A stretch of 64,000 nucleotides of DNA from a virus (IMGVR_UViG_3300042523_000723:1-64000), one strand, 5' to 3'; positions 8,945 to 18,610 are shown, counted from the first letter of the stretch. The notes: generated from the letters alone by a model not told the origin. Translations and numbers: made by a program.

Positions 8945-9714
8945 TGGAAAGTAATAAAATCAATCTACCATTTAATCATATGGGTACTTTTAAAAACAAC
9001 GATACAGAAGGATATGATAAAGAGATAATGGATGAATCGTGGAATTATATACTTAACCATATAGATGTTGATATGTTATGGAAGTTAGGGGTATATACGA
9101 CAAAGGTATATTCTATGGAGAATAATGAGAGAGGTATGTTTATTGAAAGATTCTTCTGTGAGGAATTAAAAGGAGAAAACTTAGATGAAACCACCGCCAA
9201 TAAGTTAAGACTAAATGGTACACATGTTAAACATGACTTCACTCTACCTAATGGTTTAAAAATTAATATTAAAACCAATTGTGTTGATAAACTATATAAT
9301 AGGATAGGTGATATATCTGTTAATAGTAAGATAAAGATATTCGATACAAGTAGGAATAAGTATTTAGAAGATCAATCAATATCTTTGTGGAGACAATTAA
9401 ATAACATTGGTTGGGATGTAGTGTTATTATGTTATGGTTATGAAAAATCAACCAATAGATGTTCTCTTTATTTAACTTCATTAAAAGAAATGTCAGAAAC
9501 TTTACTTAATGATAGTTCCAAAGATAGTATGATGAAGTTATTTTCTTATGATAAAGGAGGATCACATTATTTTATTGATAGGACTAACGTTTATTATTCC
9601 TCCAGACAAAACAATAGAGTATATTATTCAGATAAAATTGATGAGGTAATGGTAAAAGAATATATGGAAAGAAAACAAGAACATAAGTATAATTACATAA
9701 ATGTTTTAAGTTAA
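8944..9714 (+). CDS. hypothetical protein, possible PD-(D/E)xK-like nuclease
   Basis: Overlaps the upstream stop; RGMFIE...HDFTLPNGLKINIKT loosely fits E...D-x(n)-xxK. Confidence 0.45.
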   Translation: MESNKINLPFNHMGTFKNNDTEGYDKEIMDESWNYILNHIDVDMLWKLGVYTTKVYSMENNERGMFIERFFCEELKGENLDETTANKLRLNGTHVKHDFTLPNGLKINIKTNCVDKLYNRIGDISVNSKIKIFDTSRNKYLEDQSISLWRQLNNIGWDVVLLCYGYEKSTNRCSLYLTSLKEMSETLLNDSSKDSMMKLFSYDKGGSHYFIDRTNVYYSSRQNNRVYYSDKIDEVMVKEYMERKQEHKYNYINVLS

Positions 9715-9802
9715 CCAGTAATAAAAGTCAGGATGATAAAAAACCATTTTAATAAAAAATAAGATATTTATTAATATATAACAAAAATAAAAATATATTA
9801 TT

Positions 9803-9964
9803 ATGAGTAAAGAAAAAATATTAGGTATCATTCGACACACATTAACGTTTGTCGGTGGTATATTAGTGATGAAGGGGTTAGTTGATGAAACCATTGTTTC
9901 TGAAATAGTCGGAGGTGTTATGACACTTACCGGTACCATTTGGTCCATATTGGACAAAAAATAA
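9803..9964 (+). CDS. small two-helix membrane protein, putative holin (Pam3-gp28-like)
   Basis: MSKEKILGIIRHTLTFVGGILVMKGLVDETIVSEIVGGVMTLTGTIWSILDKK (53 aa, below the ORF-track cutoff); ATATTTAT upstream and terminator downstream. Confidence 0.65.
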   Translation: MSKEKILGIIRHTLTFVGGILVMKGLVDETIVSEIVGGVMTLTGTIWSILDKK

Positions 9965-10210
9965 AATCACTTAAACGTATTTAAACCCTTACAGAAATGT
10001 AGGGGTTTTTTGTTTATACATACCCACAAAAATAATCAAACAAAAGGGATATCATTCGTATTTGACATTGTAGAATAAAATCATTATAATAGTAAAAATA
10101 AAATAAATCAGAATAAGATGATAACAGTTATAATAATAATAATAGGAATACTGATATTATTTGGTGGACTTAGTAGTAACCTTTAAAAACACGAATATAA
10201 TCAGAATAAG

Positions 10211-10390
10211 ATGGTGATACACATTAATGAAATTAAATTAGAAGGTAATGATAAGTTCACAGAACAATTTAATCTTTGTTCAGATTATTACAAAAAATCA
10301 AATGATGAATCTTTAACACTAAAAGAAAGAAAAAAATACTTTGACTTATGGTTTGAAGAAAAACAAAGACTAGAACTTGGTATTTATTAA
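10211..10390 (+). CDS. small hypothetical protein (59 aa)
   Basis: MVIHINEIKLEG...LELGIY followed by a terminator hairpin; shares the aatcagaataagATG context with a 22-aa hydrophobic ORF at 10118. Confidence 0.5.
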   Translation: MVIHINEIKLEGNDKFTEQFNLCSDYYKKSNDESLTLKERKKYFDLWFEEKQRLELGIY

Positions 10391-10628
10391 TCTTTAAATC
10401 GGTAGTATAAAATAGTAAAACCTTCATAGTAATATGAGGGTTTTTTTATACCTTAAATAAGACCACCTGAGACACTATCATATCACTATGGTATACTATA
10501 ATATATTTAAAAAGATCTTTTAATAGAGTGTACCATAAACACCCACAATTAAATTATTAAACTAGTACTATAAAAGAAAATTTATTTGCCCCATTGAAAA
10601 TGGACTAATTGGAGAATAATGTTTAAAA

Positions 10629-10845
10629 GTGGTAAAAAGTGGGAATCTGATTAAGACTAAAAAGGAAAGGGTTAAATAATATTGCGTTGTCCCTAAATTT
10701 CCTCTATATTTTTTTCAAATTTTTTTAAAAATCTATATACAAATATACGAAAAAAATATGAAAAAGTCAACATTTTAGTAAAATATTTTAAAAAATAATT
10801 GTACTTATTACATTCGGTGTTTTACACATTCCCACTTTTTACCAC
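10629..10845. repeat. perfect 18-bp inverted repeat gtggtaaaaagtgggaat
   Basis: 10629-10646 and its reverse complement at 10828-10845, in non-coding DNA. Confidence 0.8.
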
Positions 10846-10863
10846 CGGTTAATATTTATATGT

Positions 10864-11106
10864 ATGGAAAATTATATTTATTTAGATAAGGTTTTGGAAT
10901 TTATTATTAGAGGTACTAAAGTAGATTATGATATTGGTGAGATATATACATCCTATGAAGAAAGACATTATTACATTGGTCATTTACCTTTTGGTCCTCC
11001 TGTTAGTTTTGAAGAATACTGTAAGGATGTATATGGTTTAACTTATGGAGAGACGGATTATGTATGGGAACAATATAGAAGGGAACTAAATAAGATAACT
11101 TATTAA
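10864..11106 (+). CDS. hypothetical phage protein
   Basis: 80-aa ORF immediately after ATATTTAT; ends ...YCKDVYGLTYGETDYVWEQYR. Confidence 0.65.
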   Translation: MENYIYLDKVLEFIIRGTKVDYDIGEIYTSYEERHYYIGHLPFGPPVSFEEYCKDVYGLTYGETDYVWEQYRRELNKITY

Positions 11107-11187
11107 TAGTTAATGTTTAGTTTTTTTTTAAATACCGTATATTTATATTTTATTGTTTAGGAGTAAAAGACAATTCTTAATGATTAA

Positions 11188-11940
11188 CTAAATTATTTTT
11201 TTTAGTTCTTTGATTAATGTGGTAATACTTTCTTTGGTGTTGTTTGGGTTGTAGTAGATTTTATGATAAAAATCTGATCCCTTTTTTAGGTGTTTTTTAA
11301 CTTCTTTAACTTTATTTAAGACCTCTTTATTTTTAATTTTATTTTTAGGGGTGTTCATCGACATTATAGTATACCAAATACACATATCTAAATCACTAAT
11401 ATCACCACTAATAAAATCCTTAAAAAGGGTATATAGATTACCGAACTTTTTTTTATTAAACCGTTCTATTCTATTATTTTCTCTTTTTAGTGTTTTATAT
11501 TGATTCCATTCTTTTTTATTAAACATGTTTATTATGTTTACTGAAGGTATGGTAGTTTTTGTTTTTAAAGTATGTATTTCTTCATATAGTACATTCCTTT
11601 TATTTCTTGTGGTAACGTTAATTGAAAGGTTAGGATCTCTATCCTCTTTACCACTAATATAAGTTAAATTACATAACTTACTATATTTTTTATTTAAACA
11701 ATTGGCCCACCTACGTTCCGTCTCAACCCAATTAGACTCATCACATTTGTCTATTATTTCCATCGATGGTTTTAGTCCATCGTTTAATAAATCATTAATC
11801 CATATATTCACATATGTCTTTCTTTTTTTAGAGGTATAAATATGTTGTTTATACCTTTTTTCCGGTTCGATTGATTTACCCACATACCTAACTTCATTAG
11901 TTATTGGGTCAATTAAACTATATATGTAAACTACTTTCAT
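11188..11940 (-). CDS. GIY-YIG endonuclease
   Basis: VYIYSLIDPITNEVRYVGKS...KRYKQH...ETERRW...LCNLT. Confidence 0.8.
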   Translation of the reverse strand: MKVVYIYSLIDPITNEVRYVGKSIEPEKRYKQHIYTSKKRKTYVNIWINDLLNDGLKPSMEIIDKCDESNWVETERRWANCLNKKYSKLCNLTYISGKEDRDPNLSINVTTRNKRNVLYEEIHTLKTKTTIPSVNIINMFNKKEWNQYKTLKRENNRIERFNKKKFGNLYTLFKDFISGDISDLDMCIWYTIMSMNTPKNKIKNKEVLNKVKEVKKHLKKGSDFYHKIYYNPNNTKESITTLIKELKKII

Positions 11941-12059
11941 ATATTATGTAAATATCTTAATATCGATTTTTTGTCTACTTTAAGTGTATTTTTTAATTTA
12001 AAATACACCTACTATGTGGGTCATTTGTCATGTTTAATAATTAAATAAATCGTTATTTA

Positions 12060-12300
12060 TTTGTTTATGTCAATTATTATTTGTATCTTTGTTATGTTGG
12101 TGATTAAGTTCGAAACAGGCGTACATCGGGTATATGATAGTATGAAGGGATCAGAGGTCGGTTGATCTTTTTTTTATAAATAGGAAAATATAAAACAAGT
12201 CGGAGTCCACCCTCTTAGAGAAGAACTTGTTTCTCTGACCCGTTTCGAGAATAATCTCACCAACAATATAAAGATAAACATTTTTTTTGACATATACAAA
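12060..12300. ncRNA. candidate pair of convergent small RNAs inside a ~65-bp imperfect inverted repeat
   Basis: Promoter-like ends face each other (TTTG-N20-TATCTTTG at 12060-12091), both followed by GTTGGTGA...TCGAAAC.GG, with hairpin plus T-run in each direction; no ORF. Confidence 0.4.
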
Positions 12301-12326
12301 TATTTATTAATATAATTTAAAGAAAA

Positions 12327-15323
12327 ATGAAGATAACCATAAAGAATATTATCAACGAAAATATAGATATTACACCAGAAGAAAAATTTATTAATGGTAT
12401 TAGTAATTTTATTAAATTACCTTATTTTTATAATTTAAGGGTTAATGAAGTACCTGAAGAATTATGGGATAGAATATTATCAAAAGTGTTTAAACAAAAA
12501 GTAAGTGTAAGTGTAAGTGTAAGTGAAAATTATATATATGATGAAAACAATAATGAAATTTATCTTGAAGATTCAAATGGTTTTTGGTGGAAACGAGAAT
12601 ATGATAAAAACAATAACGAAATTTATTATGAAAATTCAGATGGTTATAGGATAAATCGAGAATTTGATAAAAACAATAATCCAATTTATTATGAAAATTC
12701 AGATGGTGATTGGGAAAAAAGAGAATATGATTCAAATAATAATGAAGTTTATTTTGAAACTTCAAATGGTTATATTATTGATAATCGACCAAATAGTTCC
12801 ATTAATGAAAATATAGATATTACCCCAGAAGAGAAATTTATTAATGGTATTGTAAAATTTATTAATATCCCTTACTTCTATAATTTAAAAGTTACAGATA
12901 CTCCAGAACATTTATGGAATAGAATATTGTCAAAGAAATTTAATCAAGAAGTAAGTGTAAGGGATAATTATATATATAATTCAAACAATAACCAAATTTA
13001 TTATGAAACAAAAAAGGGTGGTTGGGAGAAACGAGAATTTGATAAAAACAACAACAGAATTTATTACGAAAATTCAAATGGTTATTGGGAGAAACGAGAA
13101 CTTGATAAAAACAATAACATAATTTATTATGAAGATTCAGATGGTACAATTAGAGATGACAGACCAAGTAGTTCCATTAATGAAAATATAGATATTACCC
13201 CAGAAGAGAAATTTATTAATGGAATTGTAAATTTTATTAGATTACCTTATATCTATAATTTAAGTGTTAATGAAGTACCGAAAGAACTATGGAATAGAAT
13301 ATTATCAAAAATATTTAATCAAAAAGTAAGTGTAAGGGTAAGTGGACGTTATAAGTATATATTTGATTCAAACAATAACTCAATTTATTATGAAGATTCA
13401 GATGGTTATTGGTCAAAACAAGAATATGATTCAAACAATAACATAATTTATTATGAAAATTCAGATGGTGAAATTAAAGATAACAGACCAAGTAATTCCA
13501 TTAATGAAAATGTAGATATTAACCCAGAACAAAGATTTATTAATGGAATTGTAAATTTTATTAGATTACCTTATATCTATAATTTAAGTGTTAATGAAGT
13601 ACCGAAAGAACTATGGAATAGAATATTATCAAAAGTGTTTAAACAAAAAGTAAGAGAATATAATAATTATCTATTTGATTCAAACAATAATGAAATTTAT
13701 CGTGAATATTTAAATGGTTATTGGATAAAAAAAGAATATGATAAAAACAATAACTTACTTTATTTTGAAGATTCAGATGGTGATTGGGAGAAACAAGAAT
13801 TTGACAAAAACAATAACAGAATTTATTCTGAAAATTCAAATGGTTTTTGGGAGAAACAAGAATATGACTCAAACAATAACTCAATTTATTATGAAAAGTC
13901 GAATGGTTATTGGGAGAAAAAAGAATATGATTCAAACAATAATGAAATTTATTTTGAAGATTCATATGGTTATATTTTAGATAACAGACCAAGTAACCCA
14001 TTAAATGAAAATATAGATAACACCCCAGAAGAGAAATTTATTAATGGATTAAGTAAATTAATTAAACCACCTTATTTTTATAATTTAAGAGTTAATGAAG
14101 TACCAAAAGAATTATGGGGTAGAGTATTATCAAAAGTATATAATCAAGAAGTAAGTGTAAGTGAAAATTATATATATGATTCAAACAATAATGAAATTTA
14201 TTATGAAAGATTAAATGGTCATTGGTCTAAACGAGAATTTGATAAAAACAATAACAAAATTTATTTTGAAGATTCAGATGGTTATTGGGGAAAACAAGAA
14301 TTTGATAAAAATAATAACTTAATTTATTTTGAAAATTCAAATGGTTATATTATTGATAAAAGAAATATTAACGAAAATATTGACCCAGAAGAAAAATACG
14401 TTAATGGTATTGTAAAATTTATTAATATCCCTTACTTCTATAATTTAAAAGTTACAGATACTCCTGAAGAATTATGGGATAGAATATTATCAAAAGTATA
14501 TAATCAAGAAGTAAGGGTACAAGGTAATGGAATAAATAATTCAAACAATAACCAAATTTATTGGGAAGATTCAGATGGTTTTTGGGAGAAACGAGAATTT
14601 GATAAAAAAAATAACGAAATTTATTTTGAAAATTCAAGTGGTTATTGGGAAAAAAGAGAATATGATTCAAATAATAATGAAGTTTATTATGAAAATTCAT
14701 ATGGTTTTTGGATAAAACGAGAATATGATTCAAACAATAACAGAATTTATTATGAAAATTCAAATGGTGAGTGGTATAAACAAGAATATGATTCAAACAA
14801 TAACAGAATTTATTTTGAAGATTCAGATGGTAAAATTATAGACAACAGACCAAGTAACCCATTAAATGAAAATATAGATATTACCCCAGAAGAGAAATAC
14901 ATTAATGGATTAAGTAATATGATTAGAACACCTTATATCTATAATTTAAGGGTTAATGAAGTACCTGAAGAATTATGGGATAGGATATTATCAAAAGTAT
15001 ATAATCAAGAAGTAAGGTTAAGTAATAACTATATATTTGATTCAAACAATAACCAAATTTATTATGAAGATTCAGATGGTGATTGGGAGAAACGAGAATT
15101 TGATAAAAAAAATAATTTAATTTATTATGAAGATTCAGATGGTTATTGGTCAAAACAAGAATATGATTCAAACAATAACAAAATTTATTATGAAAATTCA
15201 GATGGTTATTGGATAAAACGAGAATTTGACAAAAACAATAACAAAATTTATTATGAAGATTCAGATGGTAATATTGTGAACAACAGACCAAGTAGTTCCA
15301 TTAATGAAAACAATACCATATGA
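12327..15323 (+). CDS. 998-aa repeat protein: 7 modules joined by (I/L)NE linkers, 26 copies of a 21-aa YYExSxG repeat
   Basis: Modules begin at ~12351, 12801, 13176, 13500, 14001, 14367 and 14862 with (I/L)NEN(I/V)D...PEEKFINGI, followed by 2-5 copies of IYYENSDGYWEKREYDSNNNE. Confidence 0.9.
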   Translation: MKITIKNIINENIDITPEEKFINGISNFIKLPYFYNLRVNEVPEELWDRILSKVFKQKVSVSVSVSENYIYDENNNEIYLEDSNGFWWKREYDKNNNEIYYENSDGYRINREFDKNNNPIYYENSDGDWEKREYDSNNNEVYFETSNGYIIDNRPNSSINENIDITPEEKFINGIVKFINIPYFYNLKVTDTPEHLWNRILSKKFNQEVSVRDNYIYNSNNNQIYYETKKGGWEKREFDKNNNRIYYENSNGYWEKRELDKNNNIIYYEDSDGTIRDDRPSSSINENIDITPEEKFINGIVNFIRLPYIYNLSVNEVPKELWNRILSKIFNQKVSVRVSGRYKYIFDSNNNSIYYEDSDGYWSKQEYDSNNNIIYYENSDGEIKDNRPSNSINENVDINPEQRFINGIVNFIRLPYIYNLSVNEVPKELWNRILSKVFKQKVREYNNYLFDSNNNEIYREYLNGYWIKKEYDKNNNLLYFEDSDGDWEKQEFDKNNNRIYSENSNGFWEKQEYDSNNNSIYYEKSNGYWEKKEYDSNNNEIYFEDSYGYILDNRPSNPLNENIDNTPEEKFINGLSKLIKPPYFYNLRVNEVPKELWGRVLSKVYNQEVSVSENYIYDSNNNEIYYERLNGHWSKREFDKNNNKIYFEDSDGYWGKQEFDKNNNLIYFENSNGYIIDKRNINENIDPEEKYVNGIVKFINIPYFYNLKVTDTPEELWDRILSKVYNQEVRVQGNGINNSNNNQIYWEDSDGFWEKREFDKKNNEIYFENSSGYWEKREYDSNNNEVYYENSYGFWIKREYDSNNNRIYYENSNGEWYKQEYDSNNNRIYFEDSDGKIIDNRPSNPLNENIDITPEEKYINGLSNMIRTPYIYNLRVNEVPEELWDRILSKVYNQEVRLSNNYIFDSNNNQIYYEDSDGDWEKREFDKKNNLIYYEDSDGYWSKQEYDSNNNKIYYENSDGYWIKREFDKNNNKIYYEDSDGNIVNNRPSSSINENNTI

Positions 15324-15349
15324 AATGATAAATTTTATAATCTAAACTA

Positions 15350-15606
15350 TTGACATTATGATATATTATACGTATTATTATATTATAGTTATTTGATATA
15401 GAAGGTTACATATCCCACTGTCTCCATCCCCACACCACAGGAGATAGAAAGGTGAAAGAAAAGTCAGAGTCTTTACACTGGGTGTGTAAACCTTATCCGT
15501 GAGAAGATAAAGTGTCTAATCTGAAAGATACATACTACTCACAAAAATCAGAGAGGGATAAAAATTAGGGTTTTATTTTTTAAGTCCGAACTTTATCCCT
15601 TTTTTT
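15350..15606 (+). ncRNA. candidate structured non-coding RNA
   Basis: TTGACA...TATTAT promoter-like site, no ORF, serial hairpins (tgtctcc/ggagata, tttacac/gtgtaaa, ttatc/gataa) and an agggataaa/tttatccct terminator with T run. Confidence 0.35.
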
Positions 15607-15659
15607 ATTCACTAAAAATTTGACATTGTAAAATATAATTCGTATATTTGTATTAATGA

Positions 15660-16410
15660 AAGATACATAGATAGACATATTGATAGACATATTGATAGTT
15701 GAGGTAACATAGGGGGGTACCATATAGAAATATATAAGTACCCCCTATAAAGGGGGGATCCCCCTATACCCCCCCGTATAACCCCCCTTCCCTATGGGGA
15801 TATAACGAAGTTTAAAGGGGGTGTGATATCGTCCATAAATTTTCCAGGAAATTTTTAGGTTTAGGTTCGAAGTCTTTTTCGTCCCATTCAATAAGTTTTT
15901 ATAAACGATGATAAACAACACCCATTTCTGGTGAATAAGGGATACCCTTCAAAATTTTTCCCTGGAATTTTTAAGTTTAGAATTAAAGTGTTTTTAATAT
16001 GAAGTGTATGTATCGGGTTCGTATTTATGAGAAATTCCTATATGGTTTGGGTGAAGAGAATACGATATTAAAGGGAGAGTTATTCTATAGTGATTATCAG
16101 AAGTTATTTAATTATTTACGTTTAAATTTATATGAACGTAAGGATGGTAAGTAATTAATAGATGTGGGTGACAGTGAATTGTGGGAGAAGGATTATAGTT
16201 ATCAGGTGAGAGTAAATAAGAGGATTGTTGAGGGTTAGAGATGTCTTCTTCAAATAAGGTTTTTTCAGAATAACATATGGTATGTTATTTTAGAATATTC
16301 TATGTTATACTATGAGGATGGTTTTCTTCAAATGGGTTTCATCAGAAACAACACCCATTTCTGGTAAAAGGGGTTAGATGTCAAAAAAATTTTTGAAAAA
16401 TTTTTCTATT
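15660..16410. other. G/C-homopolymer and repeat-rich non-coding region (candidate origin, packaging site or terminus)
   Basis: Runs gggggg/ccccccc at 15712-15822; near-palindrome aaattttccaggaaatttt; 20-bp direct repeat aaacaacacccatttctggt (15913, 16346); tandem gatagacatatt. Confidence 0.5.
15999..16367 (+). pseudogene. interrupted ORF (two in-frame stops)
   Basis: 123-codon frame MKCMYRVRIYEKFL... broken by TAA 16152 and TAG 16236. Confidence 0.3.
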
Positions 16411-16450
16411 TCAAATATTTTGTTTATATTTGTATTATAAATTAAATACT

Positions 16451-16711
16451 ATGAATGTATATCATGTTACACCCTCTACAGATGGGGTTGAGATTGTTAG
16501 ATTGGTTTCATTATATGTTGATGAGAAAAATCGTTTAAGTGTTATTGAAAAGGATGGTATTGAATGTATGACTGGTGGTATTATGATTCCCATAACCCCC
16601 AGAATTAAGGTTGTGTTGGATTCCATTCCTAAAGAGGAACATTATGAGTTTCTTAAGGATCTAAGGAATACCCATTGGGATTCTTCCGTTGGCGTTTATC
16701 ACAGTATTTAA
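16451..16711 (+). CDS. hypothetical protein
   Basis: ATG 16451 downstream of a TATATTTG promoter-like motif. Confidence 0.6.
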   Translation: MNVYHVTPSTDGVEIVRLVSLYVDEKNRLSVIEKDGIECMTGGIMIPITPRIKVVLDSIPKEEHYEFLKDLRNTHWDSSVGVYHSI

Positions 16712-16721
16712 TATATTCTAT

Positions 16722-17258
16722 ATGGTAAATGAAAATTTTATTAGGAAAGTTGCGCCTTTAAACAAATTTGTTATTGATGTATTTGTCGTGTATGGTGATA
16801 GTTTTCGTATTGAGTTTTATGATGGTGATTGCATCGATACGAGTGGTAAAACACAAAGGGTGGTATATGAATTATCGTTTGGTGGTAAGAGGTATGGTAA
16901 ATATTATTTTATATATATATATATGAATTTTATTAATGATGTATATGCAATAATATATAACCACTATGTTAACTATATGGTTACAGATAAAGAGGAGGTT
17001 GGTTATATATGGGATATTATTGTGTCGGAATATAATCTAATAATTGAAAATAAGGTTAAAGATTATTTGGGGAAGATTGATCACCATTTGTTATATTTTC
17101 CCACGTATAGGAGTTATGTGAATAGATTGTTAACTGTTAATTTACGTAATGGTTCATTTAGTGGTTATAATACAATAAAAACGTGTCATTCCGTTCCCTC
17201 TAAGTATTCTGACAAACCGAGACATGAACTTATTTTTATTGATCATGTAATTTATTAA
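16722..17258 (+). CDS. hypothetical protein
   Basis: ORF with probable start at ATG 16722. Confidence 0.5.
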   Translation: MVNENFIRKVAPLNKFVIDVFVVYGDSFRIEFYDGDCIDTSGKTQRVVYELSFGGKRYGKYYFIYIYMNFINDVYAIIYNHYVNYMVTDKEEVGYIWDIIVSEYNLIIENKVKDYLGKIDHHLLYFPTYRSYVNRLLTVNLRNGSFSGYNTIKTCHSVPSKYSDKPRHELIFIDHVIY

Positions 17259-17349
17259 TCTTTTGTATGACCGAATTGTCCGAATCACCCCGACCCCTCT
17301 TGAAGAGAGTTTTTTATATTATTGATATATTTATATAATAAAAGAAATT

Positions 17350-17613
17350 ATGAAAAGAAGGTTAGACGAAAGAAGGGGATATACAATAGGTGAACTTAGA
17401 AGAATGTCTATATCCGTATTAAAATCATTGGGGATCGAAATGACAGAAACCAATATTCTATTAATGATGGATAAATTTGTTGATGTTATTGGTTTAACTA
17501 AGTCTGGTGTTGTTATGAGAGATATGGGTAGTATTGATAAGGATACTAAGTATTATAAGTTAACTGAATCTGATTTACGTAGAATAGTTAAAAGAGTGAT
17601 TGGTGGAAAATAA
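17350..17613 (+). CDS. small protein with C-terminal LTESDLRRIVKRVI motif
   Basis: Carries the recurrent leader motif at the C-terminus; ATATTTAT upstream. Confidence 0.7.
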   Translation: MKRRLDERRGYTIGELRRMSISVLKSLGIEMTETNILLMMDKFVDVIGLTKSGVVMRDMGSIDKDTKYYKLTESDLRRIVKRVIGGK

Positions 17614-17648
17614 AACGAGTGATGAGGTAATATCTCATTATTTTCGTA

Positions 17649-18002
17649 TTATCTACTACCACCAAAGTATTCCACACCATGACCCTCATTAATCAATGTC
17701 TTTTGTAGTGAAGTTTCACCTAATGTAGTAACAAAAATTTCACCTAGACATCTACCATATTTATCTACACCAAATGATTTTAAAATAATTTCATTATTGT
17801 TTTCGTTTAGAATGTCAATGACCCTTTGTTTGGCGAGTAAACCTTTTTTCTTTTCTTCTAAATCTTTGGTTCTACTTTCGTGTGTATCAATACCATAAAA
17901 ACGGATTCTTACTTTTTTCCATATGTCAAATCCTAAATCTACCAAGTCGTCAATGGTATCCCCATCAACAACACGTTCTACTTTTGCGTTATAAGTGTAC
18001 AT
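17649..18002 (-). CDS. staphylococcal nuclease-like (thermonuclease) protein
   Basis: RVVDGDTID, RIRFYGIDTHE, DKYGRCLG. Confidence 0.9.
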   Translation of the reverse strand: MYTYNAKVERVVDGDTIDDLVDLGFDIWKKVRIRFYGIDTHESRTKDLEEKKKGLLAKQRVIDILNENNNEIILKSFGVDKYGRCLGEIFVTTLGETSLQKTLINEGHGVEYFGGSR

Positions 18003-18050
18003 AATTTGAATTTTTATTGATTTTCATATATTTATTAATAAATATCCACA

Positions 18051-18335
18051 ATGGGAAGAATTGAAAAACAAAAAAGATTAATTATTGAACTATCAAATAA
18101 ACGTTTGTTGGGTGAGTCTATAGTTAATATGGAAAAAGTAATAAAAGATATGAAATATAAATTTGGTTATGATGATTTATCTTCCGACATTGTAAATGAG
18201 TTTGAGAGACATATGGGTGGTGATTTAATTAATCAACTAACGACAAATGAATATACTGATTTATTTTCGGATTGGGTGTCGTCCAAAGGACAAACTCCAA
18301 ATTACGGAAACTACAACTCAATGGTGAGTGAGTAG
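18051..18335 (+). CDS. hypothetical protein with MGRIEKQKRL leader
   Basis: Leader shared with 18611, ending RLLGE. Confidence 0.7.
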   Translation: MGRIEKQKRLIIELSNKRLLGESIVNMEKVIKDMKYKFGYDDLSSDIVNEFERHMGGDLINQLTTNEYTDLFSDWVSSKGQTPNYGNYNSMVSE

Positions 18336-18361
18336 AATAATAGAATGAAATAAAAATAAAT

Positions 18362-18598
18362 ATGAAAATAAGAATTACAGAATCACAATATAATAAAATT
18401 TTAACTGAGTCATATTATGATTCGAATAAATTATACACTAAACAATATATAGAGAATGTAACTATGAAGGCGCCTATGAATATTAAAAATATTGTTAGAA
18501 GTTTAGAGGTTATTGATTGTATAGATAAAAATGGTAATATGTCACAATGTGTTATGATACCTGAAGTATTATATATGTATGTTAGTGGTAGATATTAA
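18362..18598 (+). CDS. hypothetical protein with MKIRITESQY leader
   Basis: MKIRITESQYNKILTE-S. Confidence 0.7.
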   Translation: MKIRITESQYNKILTESYYDSNKLYTKQYIENVTMKAPMNIKNIVRSLEVIDCIDKNGNMSQCVMIPEVLYMYVSGRY

Positions 18599-18610
18599 AC
18601 ATAAAAAAAA

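Noticed and set aside
9706-9957. Minus-strand 83-aa ORF from the track
   Set aside because: It is the shadow of the plus-strand holin-like gene 9803..9964, which has a promoter motif and terminator
12501-12524. (gtaagt)4 microsatellite as a phase-variation switch
   Set aside because: The unit is 6 bp, so slippage keeps the frame and only changes a Val-Ser tract
12327-15323. CRISPR array or diversity-generating retroelement target
   Set aside because: The repeats are in-frame coding units without unique spacers; no reverse transcriptase or non-coding template repeat is visible in the window, and differences between copies are not obviously limited to adenines
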